A stretch of 64,000 nt of DNA from Polyangiaceae bacterium (GTDB lineage Bacteria > Myxococcota_A > Polyangia > Polyangiales > Polyangiaceae), in NCBI GenBank assembly GCA_050287085.1, contig JBNKBE010000002.1:128001-192000 (forward strand), read 5' to 3'. Below the pieces are notes generated by a model. It was not told the origin of the DNA and searched no databases. It was given only the letters and a program-made list of their open reading frames with translations. The translations under genes and the position numbers were made by a program. Positions 1-11,149 of the stretch are shown here, in pieces (within the stretch, counting starts at the first letter, position 1; every line of letters starts with the position of its first letter).

Positions 1-78
1 GCTGCGCTATGGGTCCGGGGGCTGGGATGTGCCGTTTCGTGGCCCATTGGTACCGAGTTGGGTTGTCGCTGAGGTCTG

Positions 79-3000
79 ATGTTTAGAGTGGAGTGTCCGG
101 GCTGCGCAAAGGCCCATCAAGTGGATGAACGACGGGTTCCCGCCAAGGGGCTCCAGATGCGCTGCGGGCATTGCGGCGAGTCGTTCCGGGTCGAAGCGCC
201 TAGCCAGGGGCCCAGTATTAGGTCGCTGACGCCGGCCTCCGGGATGGCGGCTCCTCCCGTGAGTTCGGTCGCCAAGGGGCTGCCCAAGGGCGGAAGCCTC
301 GGACTGCTGGGACCCAAGTTGGCACCGCTCGGGGGCCAAGGCGTGACGGGTGGAAACCGCGCCGCGCCGGCCGCGCCCCCCAGGCCGGCCGCGCCCCGCC
401 GCAAGCCACCGCTGCCGCTCCGCGGAGGAGCGCTCTCGTCTGCGCTCGGCGCGTCTCGGCCAGCCCCTCTCGGGGCGGTTGTTCCGCCGAACGAGGCCCG
501 CGCGAACGAGACCGGCGCGAACGAGACCGGCGCGAACGAGGCCCGCGCGAACGAGGCCCGCGCGAACGAGGGACCCGGCGTTTCGCCGCAAGCGCTGGCA
601 CCGGAGGCGCCGCCAGCGCTTCCGACCTTGCACGCCGGCGCGCCGGAGGTGCGGGCCCCCGAGGGGTGGCAGGCCGACGACGCCGACTTCAGCGAGCTCA
701 ACGACGACCCCCGCGAGCCGCCTGAAAAGAGGGGCGATGGCGCTCAGCCCGCCCTGGAGTTGGACGAGCGCGACCTGCCGGGTATCAGCGATGCGGCACT
801 CAGGGCGGCCCCCATCGGTGCATCGCCTCCGGTGCCAGCGCATTCAGTCCTAAGGCTGGACGTGGTTGATTCCGTGGACGAGCGCGATTTGCCGGGCATG
901 CTGCGGGTGAACGAGTCGGATCTGCCCGGAGTGGTGCGACGCGCCACGGCGCCGGAGGGGCCGGGTGCTGCGCCGGTCCGACAGCCGTCGTTGCCCGCAG
1001 TGCTTGGGGGGCTGGAAAGCGACGACGCCGCCGGGGACGAAGAGCTCGAACTACCCGCGGTATTGGGCGTCGAGCCCGGGGCCAGAACACCGCTGGATTT
1101 GGGGCCTGAAGAGCCGATGCTGATCGATGACTTGCCGGACCTTGCCCTGGCTGAGGACCTTCCGTCCCCCGCTGCGGGTCTGGCTCGCTCGTTTGGCCGG
1201 TCATCACAGCTTGCTGCGACGCATCCGGCGCCGCCGCTGGATATCGACGAGGGGAGTCCGGACGATTGGGATTCCGAACTCGACATAGCACTGCCAGAAG
1301 CGGTGGATCCAGCCTTGCCGGTACGAGCCGACGACAGCTTACCCGCGGTGGCTGACGCGCTGCCAGTGTTGGCTCAGGACGGCCTACCCGAGTTGGCCGA
1401 TCCCACGCTACCGGCTCTTGCGGACGAAGAGTTTGCCTTGCCAAGTCTCAGCGATGAAGAGCTGGGGCTTCCGGCGGGGGGCACCTCGCTCGGGATGAGC
1501 GATTTGAGCGATAGTGAGCTTGCGCTCGACGGCGGAGAATTCGGGGCGGTGGATCTGCCGCAACTGCCTGAGGATAGGCTCTCCCTATTCCCGGGCCAGG
1601 GGACGGACGCCTCGGCTCCGGACATTCCGGTTCCTGCTTCGCTTTCTGATTTTCCAGGACTCGAAAGCAAGCCGCCCACGTCGTTGGTCGAGCCGCGCCG
1701 CGTTCCGTTTGAGTCGCTGCCCCCGGAGGGAGCGGAGGCCGAAGCGTTGGGTGACGCCTTCGATTTCGGAGACGACGACACCTTCGAGCCGTTTGGGAGC
1801 GGGCCCAGTGGTGAGCCGGCAAACGTCGATGCCGTCGCTCACCAGGCGCACGTGCAGCGCGCGTCGGATCCGGCGGCCTACGGTGAGCTAGATCTTGGCT
1901 CCGACGCCTCCGCCAGCGACGCTCTCGGCGTCGACGATGGCATGGAGTTCGGAGAGATCCCCCAGGAGCGTGGCCCCACGCGCTCACCCGCTGGATTGGG
2001 CGAGGGCGTCATCGAGGCCGAGCCCACTTCGGCTCGGGGGGCCGCGGCTTCGGCTCAGGTGCACCGCGAGTCGCTGCCGCCCCGAAAAAGGGCCGCGCAC
2101 AAGCCTCGGAGTCGACGTGGTCTGTGGCTCGCGGCCGCTAGTGTCATCGTGGTGGGCGGAGCCGGCGGAGCGCTCGCGGCATTGCCGCGAGTGGGGCCCT
2201 TCGGGTACTTCTATATCAGCGATCGCTTGCAGCAGCCGAAGCACGAAGCACTGCTCGTTCAGGCGCGACAAGCCTCGAAAGAGAATTGGGGCAGTGGGGT
2301 ATTCGCAGTGGCACGGCGCGGGGTGCGCGCCGTGCGCGAGTTAGCAGCACGGGCACCACGATTCGAGCCCCTGGCCGCCTACGCGGCGTTGTCGGCCTGT
2401 GAGTTCGAATTGCGCTATGGAGCCAATCAGGAAGCGGCGGCCATGGGCTTGCTCGGCTCCCTTCAGCGTGAGGGCGCGGCTTCGAAAGCATCCCCATTTG
2501 TTGAGGCCTTTGCCTGTAGGCAGGCTTTGGCCGGCAAAGCAGGGGACGCTATCGCCGCGTTAGCGCCGGTTTCGGTCACCTATGAAGCACAGGTCTTGCT
2601 CGGGCAACTGCACCTTCAAAGCGGCGCTCCTGAGTTGGCTTTGCCGATTTGGCAGGGCCTAGAAAAGGCTGATGGCTCTGCGATGGCTTTCTGCGGTCTG
2701 GCTGAGGCGGAACTGGCGCTGGATCATCTGGCCCAAGCGGACGCTGCGGCCCAGGCGGCGCTGGCGCAGAGCCCACAATCCGATGCCGCTTCGCTGATCC
2801 GCTTGGAGGTGCGCTGGCGGCGCGACCAGGACGATTCGGTCGTGGGCGACTTGGTTTCTCAGCTCAAGCGAGAACTGGCACCCAATGACGCCGCCCGCGG
2901 CCAGGCCCTTCTCGGCGAGATACACCTCGCTCGGGGGCGTTTGAGCAAGGCGGAAGCGGCCTTTGGAGAAGCGCTCAAGTTGGATCCAGACGGCGTGCGC

Positions 3001-4509
3001 TCGATGCTCGGATTGGGTGACACGCTCTTTGAGAGCGGTCGCTACGCGGCGGCTCTGGCCCGATACGAAGCGGCTGTTCCGCTCGATCGCGAGGCGCGCG
3101 CCGCGTTGGGGGTTGCACGCTGTCAGATGAAGCTTGAGCAGCTTCCCGCGGCTCGTTCCGCCCTGGAGACGCTGCGCAAGGCACATCCGAAGAGCTTGTC
3201 AGTTGCGTTTGTGACCGGGCTCGCCGCAGCCGCGGACGGCGATCGCAAGCTCGCTGAAGAGCAGTTCCGGTGGGTTATCGACGAGGGCGCCAATGAGGAC
3301 GAACATGCGGTGCTTGCGCGTGTGGAGTTGGCGCGCTTGCTGTCCGAAGCGGGGCAACGAAAGGCAGCCGACCAGCTGCTAGCCGACGCTGAGCGGACCT
3401 TGCCGGATGCGGCACTGCTGCAGCGTGCCTTTGGGGAGGTGGCTTTGGCGCAAGGACATTATGCCAAAGCCCTTGCAGCTTTTCGTCGCGCTCATGCTCG
3501 GCAGCCCTCCGACCTTCGCAGTTTGTTTCTTCAGGCTGTCAGTTTGCGGCGTCTGGGGCAATACGAGGACGCGTTCTCCGTGTTGAATGAGGTCGAGAAG
3601 GTCGACCCGAATCTTCCGGGGCTGCCGCTGGAGCGGGGCTTGTGTCTGGAGCAATCCGGACGTGGTCAGGAAGCGTTGGCACAATACGAGGCCGCGCTCC
3701 GTGAAGCCCCCAAAGACTTGGATCTAATGCTGCGCGTCGGGTGTGGACGGGTGAGCGCTGGCGATGGGCAAGCGGCGACCGAGGTGCTCAAGCCAGTGAG
3801 TATCAAGCGTCCCAATTCGGCGGAGCTCAACTACTGCCTCGGTCGCGCGCTGGCGCTTCAAGGGCAGACCCTTGTGGCGCTCAAACGGCTGCAGCGGGCA
3901 GCCGAGCTGGACGCCCATCGGGCTGAGTACCTCCTCCACTTGGGGTGGGTCGCGAACGAAGCGGGTCAGGTGGCCATTGCGGATCGCGCCTTGAATGCGG
4001 CCTTGGAGCTCGACAAGGGCTTGGCCGATGCTTATTGGCAGCGAGGGGTGATGCTGCTGCATCGGGGGGCCGCGCACGATGCCATTGTGGACCTCAAGAA
4101 GGCGATTGCCTTGAAGCCCACTCGGGTGGACGCTCACGCTGAGCTGGCCCAGGCGTTATACCAGGTGGGCAAGGAGCAGCTGGCATTGGCTGAATGGTAT
4201 CGCGCCGTGTCGGCCAACAACAACAACCCGCTGTGGTTGTTTCGCTATGGCAAGTTGCTCGGAGCTCGCCATCGAAACCGCGAGGCGGCACAACAACTCC
4301 AGCGGGCGATAGAACTAGCCAAGCAGCTGCCCCAGCCTCCCGCTTGGCTTTGGGAGGCGCATCATTTGGCGGCTGCGAGTCTCGGCGGGCGCCCGGAGGC
4401 GCTTGAGCATTGGGAGAAGTTTCTGGAACTTGGTCCCCCCGACTCCCCCTATCGTGAGGACGCCCGCAAGGCATTGGCTGCCGCAGGGCGGCGGCCGAGC
4501 GGCGATTGA
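79..4509 (+). CDS. Zinc-ribbon (MJ0042-type) / acidic low-complexity linker / single TM / multi-TPR membrane protein
   Basis: N-terminal CPGC-x19-CGHC; long Asp/Glu/Pro-rich linker; hydrophobic segment LWLAAASVIVVGGAGGALAAL; C-terminal ~750 aa of TPR-like helical repeats. Confidence 0.85.
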   Translation: MFRVECPGCAKAHQVDERRVPAKGLQMRCGHCGESFRVEAPSQGPSIRSLTPASGMAAPPVSSVAKGLPKGGSLGLLGPKLAPLGGQGVTGGNRAAPAAPPRPAAPRRKPPLPLRGGALSSALGASRPAPLGAVVPPNEARANETGANETGANEARANEARANEGPGVSPQALAPEAPPALPTLHAGAPEVRAPEGWQADDADFSELNDDPREPPEKRGDGAQPALELDERDLPGISDAALRAAPIGASPPVPAHSVLRLDVVDSVDERDLPGMLRVNESDLPGVVRRATAPEGPGAAPVRQPSLPAVLGGLESDDAAGDEELELPAVLGVEPGARTPLDLGPEEPMLIDDLPDLALAEDLPSPAAGLARSFGRSSQLAATHPAPPLDIDEGSPDDWDSELDIALPEAVDPALPVRADDSLPAVADALPVLAQDGLPELADPTLPALADEEFALPSLSDEELGLPAGGTSLGMSDLSDSELALDGGEFGAVDLPQLPEDRLSLFPGQGTDASAPDIPVPASLSDFPGLESKPPTSLVEPRRVPFESLPPEGAEAEALGDAFDFGDDDTFEPFGSGPSGEPANVDAVAHQAHVQRASDPAAYGELDLGSDASASDALGVDDGMEFGEIPQERGPTRSPAGLGEGVIEAEPTSARGAAASAQVHRESLPPRKRAAHKPRSRRGLWLAAASVIVVGGAGGALAALPRVGPFGYFYISDRLQQPKHEALLVQARQASKENWGSGVFAVARRGVRAVRELAARAPRFEPLAAYAALSACEFELRYGANQEAAAMGLLGSLQREGAASKASPFVEAFACRQALAGKAGDAIAALAPVSVTYEAQVLLGQLHLQSGAPELALPIWQGLEKADGSAMAFCGLAEAELALDHLAQADAAAQAALAQSPQSDAASLIRLEVRWRRDQDDSVVGDLVSQLKRELAPNDAARGQALLGEIHLARGRLSKAEAAFGEALKLDPDGVRSMLGLGDTLFESGRYAAALARYEAAVPLDREARAALGVARCQMKLEQLPAARSALETLRKAHPKSLSVAFVTGLAAAADGDRKLAEEQFRWVIDEGANEDEHAVLARVELARLLSEAGQRKAADQLLADAERTLPDAALLQRAFGEVALAQGHYAKALAAFRRAHARQPSDLRSLFLQAVSLRRLGQYEDAFSVLNEVEKVDPNLPGLPLERGLCLEQSGRGQEALAQYEAALREAPKDLDLMLRVGCGRVSAGDGQAATEVLKPVSIKRPNSAELNYCLGRALALQGQTLVALKRLQRAAELDAHRAEYLLHLGWVANEAGQVAIADRALNAALELDKGLADAYWQRGVMLLHRGAAHDAIVDLKKAIALKPTRVDAHAELAQALYQVGKEQLALAEWYRAVSANNNNPLWLFRYGKLLGARHRNREAAQQLQRAIELAKQLPQPPAWLWEAHHLAAASLGGRPEALEHWEKFLELGPPDSPYREDARKALAAAGRRPSGD
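490..570 (+). repeat. In-frame 15-bp tandem repeat, ~5.4 copies (NEARA/NETGA)
   Basis: aacgaggcccgcgcg / aacgagaccggcgcg units at 490-564 plus a partial unit. Confidence 0.95.
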
Positions 4510-4544
4510 AGCCCGCGTTCGGAAGTCCGTGTCCCCGCGCTGCC

Positions 4545-4585
4545 AGAAACCCGGCGCTGCTAGAAACCCGGCGCTGCTAGAAACC
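4545..4585. repeat. 17-bp direct repeat (agaaacccggcgctgct x2 plus partial) overlapping the kinase stop codon
   Basis: Units at 4545-4561 and 4562-4578, then agaaacc. Confidence 0.9.
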
Positions 4586-6079
4586 GAAGTCGAACGAGTC
4601 TTGTCCCGTAGCGGGCTTCTGATCCGGGTTGGCAGCTCTGGGGGGCGGAGGCGCTGCCGGCCGCTGCGCGGGCCCGGCGGCGCCGTGTTGCTCGGCACCG
4701 GAGCCGTTGGCGCTTATACCTGGCTGCGATTGCACCGGGGGGGAAGCTTTCGCCGGCGCGGCCGATGCTGATGCCGGGGGCGGGGCCTCGCTGGGGGCCG
4801 TCAGCGCCGACGCTCCATCGGTGCTCAGTTCTGAGGTCGGCTCGCCTGCGGGTCGAAGCGAGGGCTGATCTTCGGTCAGATGGGGGGGCGTGCCGGCCCT
4901 GGGCTCGGAGGCCTGGCTTCCGAGACTCGAACCGAGCCACCACCCTACAGCCCCGATGGCGAAGCCCAGAGCCGTCAGACCGTAGGTCCAGCGCCGGCGC
5001 TGGTTGGTTCGGGCCCAAGCGATGCGTATGGAAGAGAACGAACGCATCGACAGGCGTTCTTCGATGTCATCGAAGTCGTCTTCGCTATCGCCCGCAGGGA
5101 TGGAGTTGTCCGCGGGCGGGACCGGCGTTGGAGGCGGCCGCGGCACCCAACTCGTCCTGAGCGTCCGCCCGCTAAGATCGTCAACGACGCCACGCGACTC
5201 GAGCCAGCCGGCGAGCACTTCGCCGAGTTCCCGCGCGCTTTGCCAACGCAACAGGCGGTCCTTTTCGAGACCCTTCTTGACGACCTCCCACAACTCCGGT
5301 TCGTCTATCCCAAACTCGGAGAAGCTCTTGGGGGTGTCCTGGATGATGGACCACATCACCGCGTTGTACACTTCCCCGTGGAAGGGGAGCTCACCGGTGA
5401 CGCACTCGTAGACGACGGTCATCAGCGCGAACAAATCACTGCGCGCATCGAGGTCTTGGTCTCCGCGCGCCTGCTCGGGCGACATGTAGCTGGGAGTTCC
5501 GACGACCACGCCGACCTGGGTCAGCTTCGGATCCTTGACGTCGGCACTGTTGAACTTCGCAATCCCGAAGTCTAGCAGCTTGGGCTGACATCCATTCTCC
5601 GATGAGGCGATCATGATGTTGTCGGGTTTCAGATCCCGGTGCACGATGCCTTCGTGGTGTGCCGCGTCCAGAGCGTCGACCACGGGGAGAAGCGTTCGAA
5701 CTACGTCAATCGCGCTGAGCCGACCCTCTTTGCGCAGCTGCTGAGCGAGGCTTTCACCTTTGAGCAGCTCCATGACGATGAAGCGATCGTCTTGCGCCGT
5801 GTGTCCGAAGTCGAACACTCGTACAATGGCCGGGTGCCCGAGTCGTGCGATGGAACGGGCTTCACTCAGCAGTCGTTCACCAATCGTCGCGTCTTCGAGA
5901 TCGCTCCGGATGAGCTTGATGGCCACCTCGGCCGTCAGATCGATGTTCTCAGCAACCCAGACCCAACTGGTCCCGCCTTCGCCGAGCAGGTGCAGCAGGC
6001 GGTACTTGCCGCTAATGAGCTCCCCCTCGCTGTACTTGGAGCGAGCTGAGTTACCTGGGGATGTGTCGGACGCGGCCAT
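4577..6079 (-). CDS. Membrane-anchored Hanks-type Ser/Thr protein kinase
   Basis: LGEGG, VAIK, HRDLKPDN, DFG and GTPSYMSPEQ motifs; TM segment, then a Pro/Ala tail ending DFGF. Confidence 0.95.
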   Translation of the reverse strand: MAASDTSPGNSARSKYSEGELISGKYRLLHLLGEGGTSWVWVAENIDLTAEVAIKLIRSDLEDATIGERLLSEARSIARLGHPAIVRVFDFGHTAQDDRFIVMELLKGESLAQQLRKEGRLSAIDVVRTLLPVVDALDAAHHEGIVHRDLKPDNIMIASSENGCQPKLLDFGIAKFNSADVKDPKLTQVGVVVGTPSYMSPEQARGDQDLDARSDLFALMTVVYECVTGELPFHGEVYNAVMWSIIQDTPKSFSEFGIDEPELWEVVKKGLEKDRLLRWQSARELGEVLAGWLESRGVVDDLSGRTLRTSWVPRPPPTPVPPADNSIPAGDSEDDFDDIEERLSMRSFSSIRIAWARTNQRRRWTYGLTALGFAIGAVGWWLGSSLGSQASEPRAGTPPHLTEDQPSLRPAGEPTSELSTDGASALTAPSEAPPPASASAAPAKASPPVQSQPGISANGSGAEQHGAAGPAQRPAAPPPPRAANPDQKPATGQDSFDFGF

Positions 6080-6485
6080 ACGGGCGGTTCTACGGGCGGA
6101 AGCGGAACGGTGAAGCGGGCGCGGGAAATGAGATCTGGAAGGTGTCGAAGTCGTTTTCTTGACGGGCCATTGGAAGGCGAGACGGAGCTGCGACCAGCGT
6201 GGCCGGATTGACCCCTACGACACGGCTGAACAAGGCTCAAGCCCGCCAGCCCGGACCGTTCACGAAGAGCGACCTGGGGACAATGTTTCCCACCACATGT
6301 CGCACAATATCAGCGCGTAGGCTACCTCACAAGCCCTCGCTGAGCTGCTTCGGATTACGTTTGTGACCTGTTTTCAGCGCCACCACCCGTTCCATTTCAA
6401 GTCGCGACGTTCCGATTGGAAACGGTGTGCTTTGCGACCAGAAGCGCGACTCTTTCCTCCGTCGCTTGAGCTGTTTTGGGGGCGC

Positions 6486-8351
6486 TCAGGCGTCGTTCTG
6501 AGCGAGCAACTTGGCCTGGGCTTGGAGCAGTTCGAGCTCAAGATCGGTATCCCCCTCGAGAACCGCTTGCCGAAGCTGCTGCACCAGTTCCCCTTTGGCG
6601 CGTCGCAGCTCCTGCCTTCGCAGCTTTCGGAGGTTGGTGACGACGACCTGGAGGGCCGACGCAGGTGTTTCATGCCGCGGGGCGGCGAGGTGCCTGGCGA
6701 CCAGACTCCTCAGCGGCTCCCTCAGGCCTTCGAGTTCCGCGCTCAGCGGCAAGCTTCTCGATAGCTGTGCAATATCGAGGGCGAGTTTGCCGCTGGCGAA
6801 TGCGAGGAGGTTGATGACCTCGGTTTCCTCGAGGACCTGCGGGTACTCCACCAGCGCCCCGAGGATGTCGTCGTCGATGGCGGAGCGGCTGACCACCGAG
6901 CGCGCGCTTTCCGGCGGACGCACGGCGATTTGGGGCGGGGCCGGGCGGGCCGCGCCGGCGATCGCGCGCTGCAGCGCTTGGAAACTGCGCACGTCGCGGA
7001 TCCCCAGGCGCGAAGCGATGATATCGGCCTGAGATTGAGCTAGGGCCCGAGTCGTGGGATCCTCTTCGCTGCGCAGCAAGTCGACCACCTGCTGGATTTT
7101 GCGAGCCTGGGCCTGGGGATCGTCCGACTTGAATCCTTCGTCGAGCGTGGAAGCGATCAGGTATTCCAGCATGCCCTGGGCGCTTTGAACGCACGCTCGA
7201 ACGGCCTCGATACCGCGTGTCTTGGCGAGATCGTCCGGATCGACCCCGCGAGGAAGACTCGCAACACGGGCTGCCAACGCTTCGTCTTCGATGGGCTTGC
7301 GCGCTGCAGCGCTGGCTCGCCGACCCGCCGAATCGCCATCGAATAGGAGGACCACGTTGGCGGAGTAGCGTCGTAGCTCCTGGGCTTGTTCGGGAGTGAA
7401 TGCGGTGCCCAGGGGAGCCGCCACGTTCTTCATGCCGCGCGCGTGCAAGCTGACCACGTCCAGATTGCCCTCCACCAGCACACAGTGGTCTTCCTGGCGT
7501 ATCGCTGTGCGCGCTTGGTAGAGTCCGAATACCACTTGCCGCTTCTTGTAAATGGCGCTTTCTGGGGAGTTGATGTACTTCGCAGGAGGTTCGGCGTCTG
7601 GGTTGAGACTGGGCAGCCCCAATCGCTGCAGCTCCTCGGAGCTCGGCGCTGGCAGCGTTCTCCCACTGAACCCAACGATGCGACCGCGCAGGTCGCAGAC
7701 GGAGAACATCAAACGGTGTCGAAAACGATCGTAGTGTCCACTAGCGCTCTTGCGCGCCGCTAAAAGTCCTAATTCTTCTGCGGCCTTGACGCTGTGTCCA
7801 CCGCGCCGCAGGGCCACTGCCAGGCCATCCCAGCCATGGGGCGCGTAGCCGACGTGGAAGCTTGTTAGGGCGTCCCGGACGTCGGAGTGGGACAGCTCTA
7901 GGCCGCGCCGTTCGAGTTCCGTCCGCGCGTGGTGAGCGAGCTCGTGGGTTTCAAGCATCGCGACGAAGTACTCGGCCGCGGCTTGGTTCAGCGCATAGAG
8001 CGCTTCTCGTCGCTCGCGCGCTTGGGCGTGCTGGCGTTGCTCTTGGGCGCTGCTATCGGTGGTTTCGACGATGTCGATGTTGAGGCTTTGGGCAAGTTCT
8101 CGAATCGCCTCGATGAAAGTGAGTCCCTCGGTTTCCTGAACGAAGCGAATGGCATCGCCGGATGCGCCACATCCAAAGCAGTGGTAGAAGTTTCGCTCTT
8201 CGTTGACGTTGAAGCTCGGCGTCTTCTCCTTGTGAAAAGGACACAACCCCAGAAGATTGCGGCCTCGTCGCTTCAAGCGGACTCGTTCGCCCACGATGTC
8301 CGCGATACGCACGCGATCGCGCACCGTCTGAATCGTCTCATCCGCTATCAC
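6486..8351 (-). CDS. dnaG: DNA primase
   Basis: CPFHKEKTPSF/CFGC zinc-binding domain, DRFRHRLMF, KYINSPE, TOPRIM VEG..DV and DGDSAG; start set at GTG 8351. Confidence 0.97.
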   Translation of the reverse strand: MIADETIQTVRDRVRIADIVGERVRLKRRGRNLLGLCPFHKEKTPSFNVNEERNFYHCFGCGASGDAIRFVQETEGLTFIEAIRELAQSLNIDIVETTDSSAQEQRQHAQARERREALYALNQAAAEYFVAMLETHELAHHARTELERRGLELSHSDVRDALTSFHVGYAPHGWDGLAVALRRGGHSVKAAEELGLLAARKSASGHYDRFRHRLMFSVCDLRGRIVGFSGRTLPAPSSEELQRLGLPSLNPDAEPPAKYINSPESAIYKKRQVVFGLYQARTAIRQEDHCVLVEGNLDVVSLHARGMKNVAAPLGTAFTPEQAQELRRYSANVVLLFDGDSAGRRASAAARKPIEDEALAARVASLPRGVDPDDLAKTRGIEAVRACVQSAQGMLEYLIASTLDEGFKSDDPQAQARKIQQVVDLLRSEEDPTTRALAQSQADIIASRLGIRDVRSFQALQRAIAGAARPAPPQIAVRPPESARSVVSRSAIDDDILGALVEYPQVLEETEVINLLAFASGKLALDIAQLSRSLPLSAELEGLREPLRSLVARHLAAPRHETPASALQVVVTNLRKLRRQELRRAKGELVQQLRQAVLEGDTDLELELLQAQAKLLAQNDA

Positions 8352-8398
8352 GTTGTCACTCTGCGCAGACCGGGAGGGGAAGCAAGAGGCCACTCTAA

Positions 8399-10024
<1,626 letters not shown>

Positions 10025-10035
10025 TCGGAGTAGCG

Positions 10036-10533
10036 ATGGCCGGTATGGAGCTTCAAATTATCACTCCTCGGGGAGTACAGCTGACCGAGTCGGTGAGCGA
10101 GTTGACTGCGCCTTCGACGAAAGGTGAATTTGGGATCCTTCCCGGTCATCGGCCTATCGTGGCGTCATTGAAAACCGGAATTGTATCGTTCATTGTTGAC
10201 GGTCAGACGCAACGAGTTGCGGTGGGTCCGGGTTTCGTGGAGTTCAGGGACGACAAGGCAACCTTGCTGACGGATCAGTTCTGCCGCAAAGAAGACGTGG
10301 ACCCGGTCCGCGTACGCTTGGAGTTGAAGGAAGCGGATCAAGCACTCGACGACTACAGTGGCGCACAGGGTGAACCTGAGTTCGTGGCGCTGGTGGCGCG
10401 CGAGCTTTGGGCGGCCGCACAACTTGAGTTGTACGGGGATCCGCCTCCTCCGACGATGGCCACGATCTACGAGTTTCAGGGTGCCGCAGACGTCATGCCG
10501 CGCAAGAAGCAAGAGCCGGATGAGCCTTCTTGA
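10036..10533 (+). CDS. atpC: F1F0 ATP synthase subunit epsilon with C-terminal extension
   Basis: LQIITP, GEFGILPGH, GFVE motifs; directly follows atpD. Confidence 0.93.
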   Translation: MAGMELQIITPRGVQLTESVSELTAPSTKGEFGILPGHRPIVASLKTGIVSFIVDGQTQRVAVGPGFVEFRDDKATLLTDQFCRKEDVDPVRVRLELKEADQALDDYSGAQGEPEFVALVARELWAAAQLELYGDPPPPTMATIYEFQGAADVMPRKKQEPDEPS

Positions 10534-10651
10534 GCAGCTAGTCCTCTTGAGCCGTTGGGCTTGTTGACTTTGCTGGCCTTCTTGACCGGCGACAGCGGCA
10601 ACCGCCGAACGTGGATGCGTCGCGGAACGTCGCTGGTCGCCAGCTCTTGAT

Positions 10652-11149
10652 TCATTCGCTTGCTGGTGACTTCGCTTGCTTGCGACTTCGTTCGCGGGCG
10701 TCGTACACCCAGAAGGGTTGATCGAGAAGTGCACGTTCGTCAGGTCCGTCCTCGAGCGTGACTCGGAGGTTCCAAAGGCCTACCGCGTCTCCTGGAAGCA
10801 AGGCTAGCGGCTGATCGAAGTGGATCGTCCCCGGAGCCAGCTTGGTGCGGCCCAGTTCGGTTCGGCGTCCTCTGGGGTCAGCCGTTTTGGTGCGTCCGCG
10901 TGCTCCAGGTTTCGAAAGCTCCCAGCGCAGGGATGCATTGGTTCCGACCGGAGCCTTCAGTGCCAGGCGAAAGCCGAGTCGCTGACGGGTTGCATCAAGG
11001 TCAAACGGCACCTCATGTCGTCGCTGGAGTTGCCCGCCGAAGAACACGCCGAAGGTGGCCTCTTGGGCGTGTTCTTCGCGAGCCTCGGAGTCGCAGCCTG
11101 CGATGCTCGTGCACGCCAGCGCCGTGGTGAGCAGAAGATGCCATCTCAT
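10652..11149 (-). CDS. Hypothetical lipoprotein
   Basis: Signal peptide with lipobox-like IAGC; start overlaps the rsmA stop codon by 4 nt. Confidence 0.7.
   Translation of the reverse strand: MRWHLLLTTALACTSIAGCDSEAREEHAQEATFGVFFGGQLQRRHEVPFDLDATRQRLGFRLALKAPVGTNASLRWELSKPGARGRTKTADPRGRRTELGRTKLAPGTIHFDQPLALLPGDAVGLWNLRVTLEDGPDERALLDQPFWVYDARERSRKQAKSPASE

Noticed and set aside
7..843. Long antisense or alternative-frame ORFs here and throughout (e.g. 9344-10015, 61026-61859, 63448-63945)
   Set aside because: Shadow ORFs expected from high-GC codon bias opposite well-supported genes; no motifs.
4545..4585. 17-bp direct repeat as a target-site duplication or att site
   Set aside because: The copies are adjacent with nothing inserted and there is no integrase or transposase in the window; simple tandem duplication.
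6400..6480. c-di-GMP-I riboswitch (GAAA...CGCAAAGC-like words on the minus strand)
   Set aside because: Lacks the GGCAAAC P1/P2 context and the tetraloop-receptor arrangement.
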